From contig OX597818.1 of assembly GCA_951406725.2 (NCBI GenBank), positions 7,006,001-7,070,000 of the forward strand: a stretch of DNA of 64,000 nucleotides, given 5' to 3'. The DNA is from Octopus vulgaris. Its lineage: Eukaryota. Within the stretch, counting starts at the first letter, position 1; each line of letters begins with the position of its first letter. Of the stretch, positions 37,984 through 51,727 are shown one piece after another. Below the pieces are notes generated by a model, which was not told the DNA's origin, did no database searches, and saw only the letters and a list, made by a program, of their open reading frames with translations. A program made the translations under genes and the position numbers.

Positions 37984-38779
37984 TTAATATATCATATTAG
38001 ATTATATTACATTACATTACCTTATATTATATTATATTATATTATATTATATAACAAACGCACCGTGCTCAAGAGACGTCGGACAGAAATATATAAACAG
38101 CCAGACATCATAAACTGAAAAAGAACATCTCTTTCACAAACTAAGCATTAAGACAGTTTTACTTCTAATTTACGTATAGCATTACAACCCTATGCCTCAT
38201 GTCATTTGATGTGGAATTATTCTTATCTCTAAGAATTATCTTGAATGAAGAACAGCGCTAGTGATATGCCTATGTATTTATTGGAGTTTTAGTTTTGTAT
38301 TTATTGTCATTCAAGAAAAATATCATTCATCAAAATTATTTAGAATCCCAAAGGCATTCCGTCATTGTCACAGCTCCCTGCACACTTCTGCTGTTTGTTG
38401 TTTACTGTCATTCTTGGTCTGCTTTGTCCAGAGCAGTTAGATGTGACAAGAGGAAAGAAATTGCCGTATCAAATTGCCAATATGGAACCGCAGTTGAAGA
38501 GTATATCCGGTTATCTGATAGGCCTTAACGGAAAGCAATTATTAATGTTGCCTTCAACTGGAGTTACAGAGAACATGACAACTTTGTGTCCCTCTAGCGT
38601 GCTACTGTGTTCATTCGTAGTCGGTAACATTAAATGGATGCTGTTTAAGTATTTCGATGAATAGCGACATCATTTCGTAGACAGTCCGACATATTAGTAT
38701 ACAGGATCAGCAAGATCTATATGCATTACATAGACAATGAAAAAGATGTCTGTCTATCTCACTGACATCTGTCTATACC

Positions 38780-38811
<32 letters not shown>

Positions 38812-38829
38812 TGTATGTATGTATGTATG

Positions 38830-38860
<31 letters not shown>

Positions 38861-38999
38861 TGTACGATTGTATGTATGCAGCAGCAATAGTAACAAAAAC
38901 AGCAACGACGACGACAACGAAAGCAATAACAAAAATAAAAGATTTGCTGATGTAGCAAACACTAAAAGATAAATGTATGTGATACCGTTGAATAACAAA

Positions 39000-41570
39000 G
39001 CGCGTGAACTCACAAAAGTAAAAGATATCATCTAATATGAAGATAGTAAGGCCGCACTACTAGTAACACTCGAAATAGTAGAGGCAAACTTGAAGAAGAC
39101 CATTTATTTCAGATGCGAATCACGCGAAACGCGGAGGGATGAAAAAGCATCCATTAGTCATGTTGAGAAGGCCCTCAAAGGGGAAAGCAGTTTTCAGCAT
39201 TGAGACCTTTTTTAAAAGCGAGGATTTTGCGCGAAGGCACGCAGTGTCACGCCGGTGGACTGAGGAGTGGGTCCTTTACCCCACCTACCTCCCAAAAAGA
39301 ACAATGAGAATCAGAGTGAATGACGTACAACCGGGTGTAAACGTCTTTTGGATTGTCGCTTGTGTGGTCCAAGATCCAGACTCAATTCTCGATGTAAAAA
39401 GCAGCAGCAGAGAAAACTGGTGTGGGATCAACTTATCAAAATATTAATCCATGTGAAATCAGTAAAACATTGAAAAGATTCCGGACCTGATTCATCAGCT
39501 AATGGGGAGGAATTGCGTGTCATCTTCGAGAGCTGAAAGCCCAGATATGGCACATGTGGATACACAAACCAACTGAGAGCCTTCTGCTTTCAAACTTCGG
39601 AAGGTACACAGCTACACCAGTAGCCTACAGAGACCTTTTAATACAACTGCAGCTTCACCCCCGACAACAACAATTGGGAAAACCACCCAGGTTATCTGTC
39701 AAACCACCCCTCACCGCCTCCCTAAAGCATGCGCTTACACAAGCTTACTCACACTATTACAGATACATCCACACTCTCCGAGACGGATCATGCAGACACT
39801 AGCCACTACTCATCTCGTAGTGTAGACGAGGAAGATCACGACAAAGTAAAAAATAAAAAAAGAATCTATGACACTAGCACAATCAGTGTTCCCGATCACC
39901 TTATGTTAATACGGTTATCCCTGAAAGTATTCAGAGAAATTCAGATGGACTTCCCGCATGAAGAGGGTAGACCAAACCTCCGCGCCACCAAGCGGGTTTT
40001 AACCGATTTCCCAGAGGGGCCAGATCGGGTCACCGAGCTGCCAACAAATCCAGGAGGGTAAGGAACACCGCTTTTTTTCCTTTTCCTCAATCCTTTCCAG
40101 CCGTCATGGTGATTGTCAGAGTGGGGTGCATAAATGTTCTCGGACTGTGGTTACACTGGAACTAAGGTCGCTCGCTCAATGACGTCAGATCGTTAAGTTT
40201 GGATGTGATAGCAGCCAATGAGACTAGGATTTCTGACACACGCGATCTTGCACCCATTTTCGACGATTATGAGATCTACGCATCTGTTAGTCGGCCTCGG
40301 AATGGATGGCGGAGTGGCAGTGTTGTTTAGGAAAGACCTGGATCTCGAAGTTCGAAGGATCTTTCTGGACCCGGAAGGTCAGTTGGTGATCATGGATGTG
40401 TGCTTTTAGACGAGTCGCTGTTTATGTCCGCACGGGGGTGGGATCCCCAGATTTCTTCAGATGTTTGGAGGTTTTCCCCGGGACATCATGCTCTTTACTG
40501 CTAGCGGCTGAACCTCATCTTAGATGCACGCCTGAATAAGGTGATAGCAGAAGGGGTGCAAAAGCCTCACAAACCTACTCAGTCGCTTCCACTTGGCTGC
40601 CAGGTACCGAGTGGACTTCCCGAATGCGCCAATGTAACATGGTCGACCCGCATCGGGTTTTCCAGATCGTATTTAGAGTATTTTGTAGGCTTGTAGATAG
40701 AAGTAGTATAAGTTGTCCATGTTTCAAAGTCGTCGGCTACGCGGACCACAAATATTTGATCTGTGCAGTCGACATAAATACGATCCATATACAGGGGCTC
40801 GGAAGCTGGAAGCTGAGCGCGTCCTTCCCGTCGCGCCCAGCTTTCAAAGGATGGGCTAGCAAGTTAGTACATCGAGAGTTGGAGGGCGCAGTCGTCAGCA
40901 GCCGTTGGTGGATAGCCCTGAAAAGGGGTATTAGAATAGAGGCGTTAAGTTCTAGTAAGGAAAGAGGAATCTACGATTGAGGTAGGCCTAGTTAGGAAGG
41001 TAGAAGAGGCGCTTAGGAAAGACATAGCGATCGACATGCTTTCGGCGACATTGGCCTGTGTTCAATATCAAGCACGAAATTGCGTTGTCAGAGGTAGGGC
41101 GCTTGCACTGAGACGGGAGGTGACAAAAGCCGTTCGATAGGTCCGAGTGGCAGAGGCACTTCGTGAAAACAAAGCAGCAATTTGGTCTTTGGCTCGCTGT
41201 GATGGGTCATGATAACCGAGTGCAAGCAGATGTGTGCTGAATTTCAACGGTACTTTACCGTACTGTATGCGGTGCGCGGTAGTTTTGGGACAGTGGTGAA
41301 TTTCACCTCCTATCTCACAGGCATGCCATGCCGCTCAGCCAGGGATGCGGAGTGCTGCAAAATGGTGGTAACGGCCAAAGATATACGGGATGCGATGAAG
41401 GCCTACGCAAGAGAGAAGTGGGATGGTCTGCCCTTCGAGCATTATTTTCATATGAAGACTTGTTCAGTAGTCTCTTGGCAAACGTCTGCCACATCTAGCA
41501 GCAGAACGGAAGATTTTCTAGTGCTGTGAGACAAGTAGTGGTGGTGCTGTTGAGAAAAAACCCGAACAAG
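39000..41570 (+). mobile_element. Decayed Tx1/L1-group LINE: ORF1-like region, APE endonuclease and start of RT, 3'-truncated
   Basis: From about 40106: VRVGCINVLGL..LDVIAANETR, GGVAVLF..DPEGQLV, ADHK, GSWKL, then WDGLPFEHY (PG.DGLP.E.Y motif); many stops and frameshifts. Confidence 0.8.
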
Positions 41571-41724
41571 GTCAAACAACTAACAAGCAGATCTGTGGTA
41601 TTGAGCAGAATGTTTGCTGTAGCCCATCTTTTATACCAAGACAAAACAATGTACATGATAACACTTCCAATCTGTTAAGATTAGAAACCATGAGAGCCAC
41701 TGCTTGGCACTGCATCAGGGCATT
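41568..41724 (-). mobile_element. Partial copy of the ~555-bp (TAA)n-embedded element
   Basis: Matches about 59774-59930 directly. Confidence 0.85.
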
Positions 41725-41798
41725 ATATTATTATTGTTATTATTATTATCATAATAATCAACCTCCACTTCTCCCCCTCCTCCTCATCATGAACGTCG

Positions 41799-41883
<85 letters not shown>

Positions 41884-41959
41884 CATCCTCATTATTATTA
41901 TTATTGTTCTGTAGAGTTAATTTTATCACCTTTTCTACCGTAGGCAAAAGTTTAACCCA

Positions 41960-42130
41960 GTATGTGTTCATGTGTCCCTAACTTAGCGCTTCGGCAAATA
42001 AGACCAATAAAATAAGTACCGGGCTTACAAAGAATAAGTCCCGGGGTCGATTTGTTCGACTAAAACTCCTTAAAGTGGTGCCCCAGTATGGCCGTAGTTA
42101 AATGACTGAATCAAATAAAGAATAAAAGAG
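41960..42130 (+). mobile_element. SINE family 2, 3' part
   Basis: taacttagcgcttcggcaaa..gaataagtcccggggtcgatttgttcgactaaa..aaatgactgaa. Confidence 0.85.
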
Positions 42131-42136
42131 TATATA

Positions 42137-43562
42137 CAGCCTTGGCTGTGTATATTCTTTTATTCCGTAACAATAAATATTTTTGTGTATATTCTATCAA
42201 TAATTAATATTTGATGTATCCTCTTTTTGCTTTTATAACCGCTGTTATGTGTTTTTGCATGCTTGAGACTAAGTTGGCACGAGTGGTTGATTCAATTTTC
42301 TGCAACTTCTTGATGAATTTTCGTTGTTAATTCATTTTTTGTGCACCCTTACGCTTGTGCCTAAGTGTGACCACAAATGTTCAATGGGGTTGAGGCCTTG
42401 ATATTGATGGGGCCATTCTATTAGCTGCACTCCTTTCTCCTCAAACCACTCCATTGAGACTCTGAATGTGTGGCATATGGCATTGTCCTGTAAGAAGATT
42501 TAACCATCTGGTATGTTACCATTGAATGTTTTACCTAAAGAAGGTTGATAGACATGGTAAACAAAGTCTAACATGCTGTCATAAGTAATGGAATTCATTC
42601 AGCCCTCACTAGTGAACAGTATTCCTGGACCTGAAGAAGTCATGTAACCCCAAACCATTACACTACCAGCTCTTCGACGAACATAAACAGCTCCAGGGGT
42701 TCCAAAGATCTGAGAAGAAATACAAATTTTACTGATCATTTTTGGCATCCAATAAAAAACGTGTACAAGCGTCATAAATACAATTATGCCTAATAAATTG
42801 GTGGAAACTAATATTGAGAACCTACCTCAAAGTGGCTTTCATCGGACCAAGCAACTTTAGCCCAAACTTCATCAGTCCAATATGCATGCTCTTTTGCCCA
42901 AGACAATCGTTTCTTCTGGTTCACCCCAGACAGCCACTATTTCTTTCTAGCCTTATATCCTTTGAGGCCAGCTTCAAATAATCTTCTTCTCATTGTGCGA
43001 CTTGATATCTCTTTGTTTGTTGCACGCCGAAATTCGACGGCTACATCAGAGGAGGTTTCTCTCCTATCGGTCTGAGATGTCCTATTCAGCAACCTGTCTT
43101 CCCTCGGGCTTGTAAAATATTTGCGACCTTGACCATAACGATTTTTTAAAGAATTGGTCTCATTGTACCTTTTGATAGTTGTTTGGACATTTTCTCGAGC
43201 ATTTCAATTTTCTTGCAATTTTGACTTGGGATAATCTTTTCCTGAACAATGCAATGATTTGAAACGTTTGAGCTTCAGAACTCTGTTTCTTCGGAGACAT
43301 TTTCAGCAAATATTAGTCACTGGAAAATAGGGGGAAAATGTTAATATAACACATAGAATGGCAGAAAATTGTCCCAACCATTTATGCAAAAATATACAAA
43401 AACGCATTAAGCGGTTATAAAATCAAAAGGAAAACATAAAATATTAATTATTGATGGAATATACTCAAGACTGTTTATTGTATTGCTTTCAAATATCATG
43501 TGAATGAGTTTCAATCATAATCTCTAATTTTCATAACTGCCAGATAATTTAGGCCAAGGCTT
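42137..43562 (-). mobile_element. Tc1-family transposon, near full length, long decayed TIRs, TA flanks
   Basis: TA|cagccttggc...gccaaggctt|TA; inner inverted repeat about 42188-42243 versus 43411-43464. Confidence 0.88.
42204..43300 (-). pseudogene. Tc1 transposase, frameshifted
   Basis: MSPKKQSSEAQTFQIIAL..IARKL, GRK..TSPREDR, QDNAICH..WF..EWP..LNPIEHLW, SM..AVIKAKRGYIKY*. Confidence 0.88.
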
Positions 43563-43604
43563 TATGTGTGTGTATGTGTGTGTAATTGTGTGTATTAATC
43601 TATT

Positions 43605-43661
<57 letters not shown>

Positions 43662-43662
43662 G

Positions 43663-43705
<43 letters not shown>

Positions 43706-43723
43706 CTAAAAGGATATCAAGTC

Positions 43724-44230
43724 GTGATGCAGTACGGTCGTTTCAAGCGGCTCCATTTAATTGAACAATGCAATCATTACATCAATTTAAAAGCAGTGCC
43801 ATCTTCAGCTCACAAATAATTAGATAAAATTTTAACCAGTAGGTTATGTTAATACATTTTTCTCAAATATTTTAACAGAAGAAATTGGAAGAAATTCATG
43901 TCGATATTGTAGCTAAGAAAAGACTACACGTCCAAAAATCGCATGTCGCCTATCGGGGTTATAGTGTTGTAATGGAGTGTAATTCATTTCCAATTCGTTT
44001 ATTTCTTTATCAACTACTAAATATAAGACTAGAAGACTGTCTATTTTTAATAAAGGACATGAGTGAGTTGACAGCGCATGGCTATGTATGGTCATACTAT
44101 CATAAGTATCCCTTTTCTTCTGGGAGAAAAGAAGACATTAGGTGTGGTCAATTGGATATAAGTAACTGTCTACAAAAAGAAGCTGGGTAGGGGAAGATTT
44201 TAAACCATGATGTTAATTACCAGTTAAAGG
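43724..44230 (-). mobile_element. Decayed PLE 3' end (GIY-YIG remnant plus degenerate hammerhead at 43724-43813)
   Basis: YNPDRR/TCD resembles PFDRGRRKCNLC of the 895-aa ORF; downstream CTGAAGA...GAAAcgaccgTA. Confidence 0.5.
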
Positions 44231-45634
44231 GGCAAGACGCTAAGAGACCTAGGATAATACAACAGAGGGAATTATATTTTGGGGTACTATAGTTGATTGT
44301 TTATAAACAATATTGATATTTGTATAAAAAATAAAATGTAAGATTTTCAAAAATGATATCATAACCAAAATTGGTAAAGTGTGTGTATATATCAATTATA
44401 AACATTAAAAAGGAAAAATTACATAGAAGCAGTTTAATATTCATTCATTTGCTTAAATAATTATTTATTAGGTAGTTTCTATAAAGATTGCTAAGGACAT
44501 TTACTTATAGAATAACTAGAAAGATAAACATGCTATCTATCTATTAAGCCAAGAATCACGAAAAAATACAGATGCATACAGATACAAAGACATTTATATA
44601 TGTGCACATACAAACACAAACGCATACACAAATATTTCTACGTTTATATGGATATAGTATAAACATTTCGCATAGACTTAAGTGACCGAAAATATTTAAG
44701 AACAGGAAAAATAACAATCTATAAGGGATAAAAGTTAGATGCATATATGCATATATACACATACACAAATATTTATACACTTATATGGATATAGTATAAC
44801 AATCTCGTATAGTCTTAAGTAACTGAAAAATATCTACTTAAGAACAAGAAACGTAACAATTAATAAGGGATAAGAGGGTTATAGGTAAGGATACCAAAAT
44901 AAGAAAACAATTTATAGAAAATTATAAGAAATACATAAAACCTACATTTAAAGAGACAGGGTAATACAATTTATATATATATATGTATATATATATATAC
45001 ATATGTATTATATGTTTATATTTGTATGTATGTATATATAAATATATGTGTGTGTGTGTGCATAATTCGATTAGAGGTTGTGTTAACCTCATGATGGAAC
45101 AATTTTATTCAAGGAAATATAGGTTCAATACCTAGTATAATTGGGGAATTAATTTCCTTAAAATAATAGGTATATATATTAAAACGTATAGTTTATTCAT
45201 AGAGAAGAAAAAAAGGTAAAATGGAGATTGGGAAGTTAATAACTGTTTATTATTAAATGTAAATTTATCATATTCACGTTCAACTATTTCAATTAATACT
45301 CAGTAAATATTAAGTAAATAGAAAATTTATATTTATAATACGCGAGCATAATGTCTACAGAGGGGAAAAAATATACCCTTGAATGTTTCATTTGTGATTA
45401 TGAATTTGTTATAGCAGACCGAATGATCGGTTTATGATTTGTATTGTTATATATTCGGGCGATGGGTTTACAGGTTGATTGGAGATAAGATAGAGTTGGT
45501 AAATAGAGTGAGGACAATAAATGAATAAATTAAATAGAGATGATACGGGAAATTTAAATATAATATAAATACGGTGAGATTGTAGTTAATAAGGTTAATA
45601 AGGTATAAAGTTATGAAAATTTGTATATATGCAA

Positions 45635-45678
<44 letters not shown>

Positions 45679-45705
45679 TTTATTTTAAGCAGCAGAAAAT
45701 TCAAC

Positions 45706-45831
<126 letters not shown>

Positions 45832-46469
45832 AATCCAAACGGGAAACAAAAAAACAACAACAAGGGAACAATTACAGTATTATTATTAATAGGCGCTCAG
45901 GAAATGGAAGCAGGGAATGATGCGCAAATACATGAATACGTATGTACACACACATATGGATATATATATGCGTTTACTCTTTTTACCCATCACCCCTAAG
46001 AAGTTAATATAAATCCATGTTTGTCAATTCATTCCGATTGGTTAATGAAATTTTGAATTATTTTGTTTATACTATAGCGTTTCAAGGAAAGTATATTTAT
46101 TTTTAACGCTTTTGTAAACTTCTGGTATCTCAATGTGCATATGAAAATAATTAGCAGTTATATACGCATGTACAGAAGCGTACGTAAATTTAATCATATA
46201 TATATATACATATAGGCACACATACACCTATACATGCATAAGACACACAGAGGCACATGACTACAACTTCACAGACACACATGTATATAAGCATTCACTC
46301 AGACTCACACACGTGTACATATTTACATATATAGACATATATATTCATATGCATGTATATATATCCATATATATACATACATACACACACTCACATATAC
46401 GCATGTATATTCACACGCATGCACACACATATACGCACATAAACACGTGTATACAGATATATTTAAGCT

Positions 46470-46546
<77 letters not shown>

Positions 46547-46558
46547 TATTTATATTAA

Positions 46559-46723
46559 GGGCATTACTATAAATAAATGCCTCACGCCAGTCAAAACTAT
46601 CATAATAGACAGAGGTTTGCTTCGAGAGTTCCATAACCTCGTGTTCGGTACAATGTGTTTATTATGGTAGTTTTGACTTTCAGAGTCCCTCCTAGCGTGA
46701 GGCATTTATGTATAGTAATGCCC
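46559..46723. mobile_element. MITE with GGG termini and TTAA flanks (Kolobok-like)
   Basis: TTAA|gggcattactataaataaatgcctcacgc...gcgtgaggcatttatgtatagtaatgccc|TTAA, plus inner inverted repeat gtcaaaactatcataata / tattatggtagttttgac. Confidence 0.75.
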
Positions 46724-47656
46724 TTAATATATATAAATATATTTAAAAGAAATAATTAATAATTTTCCCGTTATGAGTTTTTTAACGCTAACTACTTCAT
46801 AAATTTTATCCCATTTTTAAAGTATTTATATATATATATATATACACAAAAACACACACACACATATATATATATATATACGTATGCACACATATACAAT
46901 TATACGCAAACATACATATGCATATACACGTACACTCACCCAAATATTCATGTTCAATTTTGTTTAGTTGTATTTGAAAAATGTATACAAGTGTACATGT
47001 ATATGCATATGTATGTGTGTATGTATGTGTATAAATATACATATGTATGTGTGTATATATATATATGTATATATATATACATATATATATATATACATAT
47101 ATATCTTTACACATATAAACGTATATGCATAGATATATATGTATATACGTGTTCATGCGTGTATATGTGAGTGGGCATGGGTATGAATGTACTTGGGTAT
47201 AAGTATATGAGTGTGTATATGTATACCTACCAGTATATATACAATTTAACTTAATATGTGCCTATTTATATGCTCACCTTATACATTATTATAATCTATT
47301 TCCTCTAAAATCCCTTGCCCCTTATAATAACTTTTACAATCAAATAACATACTTTCCTTCTCCTTATAATTTTGTAGATGTATGCATACACATACACACA
47401 ATTAATTATGAGAATACGAAGAAACATCTTTTAAACATGTATGTATGAAGATGTACACCTATGTAGACACATGTGAGTGTATGAAAACATGCCCGTGAAT
47501 GTGCAGATATAGGTGTGTTTATGCAGGTGTCTGTGTATAAATATATGCAGGTATATGCGTTTGTGTATGTGTGTCTATAAACGCATATATATATATATAC
47601 CATATAAAATTAGTGTACATTTAAACGCAAAAAGAGGTGACCTTAATATATATACA

Positions 47657-47726
<70 letters not shown>

Positions 47727-47731
<5 letters not shown>

Positions 47732-47942
47732 GTAAATGTAATATGGGACAATTATTCGGTAACCATGATAAAACTCCGAGTTTCGGATGCCGAGGTGGAA
47801 AGCCACGCCCCCATCTCTTCATAGCATTTTCCTGATGGCCAGAAAACTGAAGAGATAGCGGCGTAGATTTCAACCTCGGCATCCGAAACCCGGAGTTTTA
47901 TCATGGCTACCGAATAATTGTCTCATATTACATTTACAGATA
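47727..47942. repeat. ~216-bp near-perfect foldback
   Basis: tatctgtaaatgtaatatgggacaattattcggta...ggatgccgaggt pairs with acctcggcatcc...taccgaataattgtctcatattacatttacagata. Confidence 0.92.
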
Positions 47943-47978
47943 AATTCCTCTATTTTAAATAATATCGAGGTCTCTATA

Positions 47979-48285
47979 CTAGCAGTATCGCCCGGCGTTG
48001 CTCGGGTTTGTAAGGGAAATAACTATATAAGCATTTTTAGAGAGTTACTTTCCTTATATAAAACCGAGTAAAAAATGCATTAAAATAACGAAAAAATGAT
48101 GGTAATTTTTTTTTTAAATCGTAGACTCATCGTAGACACGCGCTAATACCCAGAAGGGCTTCATATGAATCACAACTATAAGATACTCGCTTTTGGTTAA
48201 ACTGCACCGCAAAATGTGGGAGTAGTTAGGAATCTAAATCGGAGTAGACAGACTCTCACACGCACAACTTAAGTTTTATATATAA

Positions 48286-48288
<3 letters not shown>
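47979..48288 (-). mobile_element. Non-autonomous Helitron-like element
   Basis: Minus-strand 3' end has the hairpin cccgagcaacgccggg, then CTAG|T at 47982-47978; the 5' end is tatatataaaact with a microsatellite. Confidence 0.7.
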
Positions 48289-48369
<81 letters not shown>

Positions 48370-48623
48370 ATATATATATATATATATATACATTTAATTT
48401 TAAATCACTAACCAAGAAGTAAGTAGTAACAGTACTGCAGAGAAAAATCCCAAGATACTGTTTAAGGCTGAAAGTAGATACTAGCTCCCTTGTTCGAAGT
48501 ATAAGGACACAGTTGTGCGTCGGTAACCAGCCTGAAAGGATGAATTCCTGGGGCTAAAATAGGTACTAACGTCATCCTAACAAGGACTACCAATTTTCGT
48601 TAGCAAAAATAATTTACTATCTT

Positions 48624-48678
<55 letters not shown>

Positions 48679-48960
48679 GCTTATTTGGAGAGAAGATTTT
48701 TTTCTCAAAGATGTGGAAGCCCTTTCGGTTCTTAACGTTTTCAAGCAGATGTTATTACATATACATTGTTGTTGACTATTTCCGGTTTAGTTTCGGACTC
48801 AGAAATCTTATGAAGTATTCTTCTTTTGCATTCCGGAGAAGGTCTTACCTTCTTTTCTCAATCTATCATGGTTACCGAAATCTATTCTTTTCTCAATCTA
48901 ATCTCTTTGACGAAAATTCTTCTCTCGAAATATTATAACTGTATGAAGGAATTTCCAAAA

Positions 48961-48999
<39 letters not shown>

Positions 49000-49601
49000 C
49001 ATTGTATATATGATGTGTGAGCACAAGGGAACGTACGTGTATATTTGTATATATGTTAGCTGTGATATATATGTGCCATGTTTGAATGTGCGTATATGTG
49101 CGTGCATATGTATATGGACATGCATGTGTGCGAATGTATGTGCATATAATGCATATAAATTTATATGTATACATATATACATGTATATGCATATATATAT
49201 ATATAAGTATATATATAAGTACATGTGTGTGTGTCTGAGTGCATGTGTACATATGTGTGTATCTGAACAGGTGTAGGTGTGCTCCTCTGTGTGTGTTTAT
49301 GCATGTATAGGCCTATGTGTGCGTATATGTATATCTATGATTAAATTTACGTACGCTTGTACACATGAGTATGTAAATGTCAATTACTTCCATATGCACA
49401 ATCAGACACCAAAAGTTTACAAAACCGTTTAAAACTAATGTACTTTCCTTGAAACGCTACAGAGTAAACAAAATAATTCAAAAGTTCATTAACCAAGCGT
49501 GATGAGTAGAATGTGTAAACGCATATATGCATATATATGTGTGTGAGTTTGCATACATATTCATGTATTTGCGCATTATTTCTCTCCTTGTTTTCTGTGT
49601 C

Positions 49602-49638
49602 CTTTTCTGTACAAGAGCCTAGGCTCGAAACGTAAAAG
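49602..49638 (+). ncRNA. Degenerate minimal hammerhead, related to 21557-21591, probably inactive
   Basis: ctttt-CTGTACAA-gagcctaggctc-GAAA-cg-UA-aaag; non-canonical core. Confidence 0.4.
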
Positions 49639-49726
49639 ACTTTTTCTATTCCTGAGCGTTATACTAATACATCTGATTGTTTTGTACTCACCTATCTTCG
49701 TCTTTTGTTTTTTTTTCGTAAATTCT

Positions 49727-49769
<43 letters not shown>

Positions 49770-49861
49770 GAGAGATATACATATACATATATACTTGTAT
49801 GCGCGGATATGTGTACCTGTTGAGGTACGTATATGAATAGGTATATGCGTGTGTATGTGTG

Positions 49862-49900
<39 letters not shown>

Positions 49901-49924
49901 CCGTACGGATACATATATACTGCT

Positions 49925-50245
49925 GCTAGGACCTCCTTCAGTCATGACTGACCATGGGATTGCACGTTGGAAGTTACTCTCCCATGTACAAGTCTGGAAG
50001 ACCAGCAGTCGCCTATGCTTACCGGCCTCCCCTCTCCACGCCACCAGTGTTATCAAAGGGAATGGCAAAGGCCGATAGAGCTTGGCACCTGTGATGTGGA
50101 AACTCATTTCTCCAGGGGAGTGAACTGGAGCGACGTAAAATAAAGTGTTTTGCTCAAGAACACAACACGCAGCCCGTTCCGGGTTTCGAACTCACAACCT
50201 CACGATCATAAGCTCGACGCTTTAACCACTGAGCCATGCGCCTTC
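49925..50245 (-). mobile_element. tRNA-derived SINE
   Basis: Reverse complement begins gaaggcgcatggctcagtggttaaagcg (A box) and gtgagttcgaaacc (B box). Confidence 0.85.
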
Positions 50246-50723
50246 ACACACACACACACACGCACACACACACATACATGTGTGTGTGTGTGTGTGTGTG
50301 TAAATGTATACTTTCGTACTTGCATACATGCACATTTTCATAATTTTTTTATACCTTATAAACGAATATTCCATTCTTTGTTTAATTACAAAATAATCTT
50401 AAGTATATTTAAATTTCCTTTTTCATCTCTATTTAATATATTCATTTATTGTCCTCACCCTGTTCACCGACTCTATCTTATCTCCAATCAACCAGTAATC
50501 CCTTTATCCTAACATATAACAATACAAATCATAAACCGTATCATCCAGTCTGCTATAATGAATTCATAAGCACGTATAAAGCACCCAAGGGTATATTTTT
50601 CCCTCTGAAGATATTATGCTCAGATCATATAAATGTAAATTTATATAACCTGAGTATTAATTGAAACAGCTGTAAGTGAGGATGATTATTAAATTCCCAA
50701 TCTCTATTCTTTTTCTTCTGTCA

Positions 50724-50754
<31 letters not shown>

Positions 50755-51517
50755 TTATGTGTGTGAGTATGTGTGTGTGTGGTGTGTGTGTGTGTGTATT
50801 ATATATATATAGAAGGAGAGAGAGAATGGAGAGAAGAGGTAGCATACCTTCTCTTATATTGTCTTTTTTCAGAGACATACTATTACCATCTTTTCCTGTT
50901 TTTGTACGCTCTCTATTTCCTCAAAATTCTCATACGAACATACACACATGTATATGACACTCCCTCCGCTGTAACTACACCTGTCACTTCAACGTCATTT
51001 CGTCTAACAAGTTATCCAGTATCTGACCTCGACTATAAAACGATATCAATGTACTCTTGGAGACAGTGTGACAGCCACGATTACTGAATTTGTGTCACAG
51101 TTGTTGCCATTCCTTCCCATGCACCATAACTCCCACTAGACAACTCTACCAGCCCATATCTCCAATATTATGACTGATCACCACTCACAGACATCACTAC
51201 CATTATCATAATGACAATTTTGGATGTAACAAGCAAAAAAAAAAAGATATTCAAGAAAAGGCAATCATAAAAATATAAGAAATGAAAAATTTTTATAAAC
51301 AAACCACAGCAAAAAGGAATAAAAAAAAAATACGAAAAGAACACTTCCTTTCCAATTGAAAGTAGATGAATTTTGGCAGCAGAAACATCACATCCATCAT
51401 CATCGTCATCTTCACAGTCGTCACCGCTGTTATTGTCGACTTTGACGAATTAGTCGTCACCATCGTTGTGATAACGTTGTCGTCATCATCATCATCATAA
51501 GTCTCACTGATTTAAAA

Positions 51518-51727
51518 TTCTTCTTCTTCTTCTTCTCCTCTTCTTCTTCTTCTTCTTCTTCTTCTTCTTCTTCTTCTTCTTCTTCTTCTTCTTCTTCTTC
51601 TTCTTCTTCTTCTTCTTCTTCTTCTTCTTCTTCTTCTTCTTCTTCTTCTTCTTCTTCTTCTTCTTCTTCTTCTTCTTCTTCTTCTTCTTCTTCTTCTTCT
51701 TCTTCTTCTTCTTCCTCCTCCTCTTCT
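51518..51727. repeat. (CTT)n microsatellite
   Basis: Directly visible; source of the poly-Arg ORF. Confidence 0.95.
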
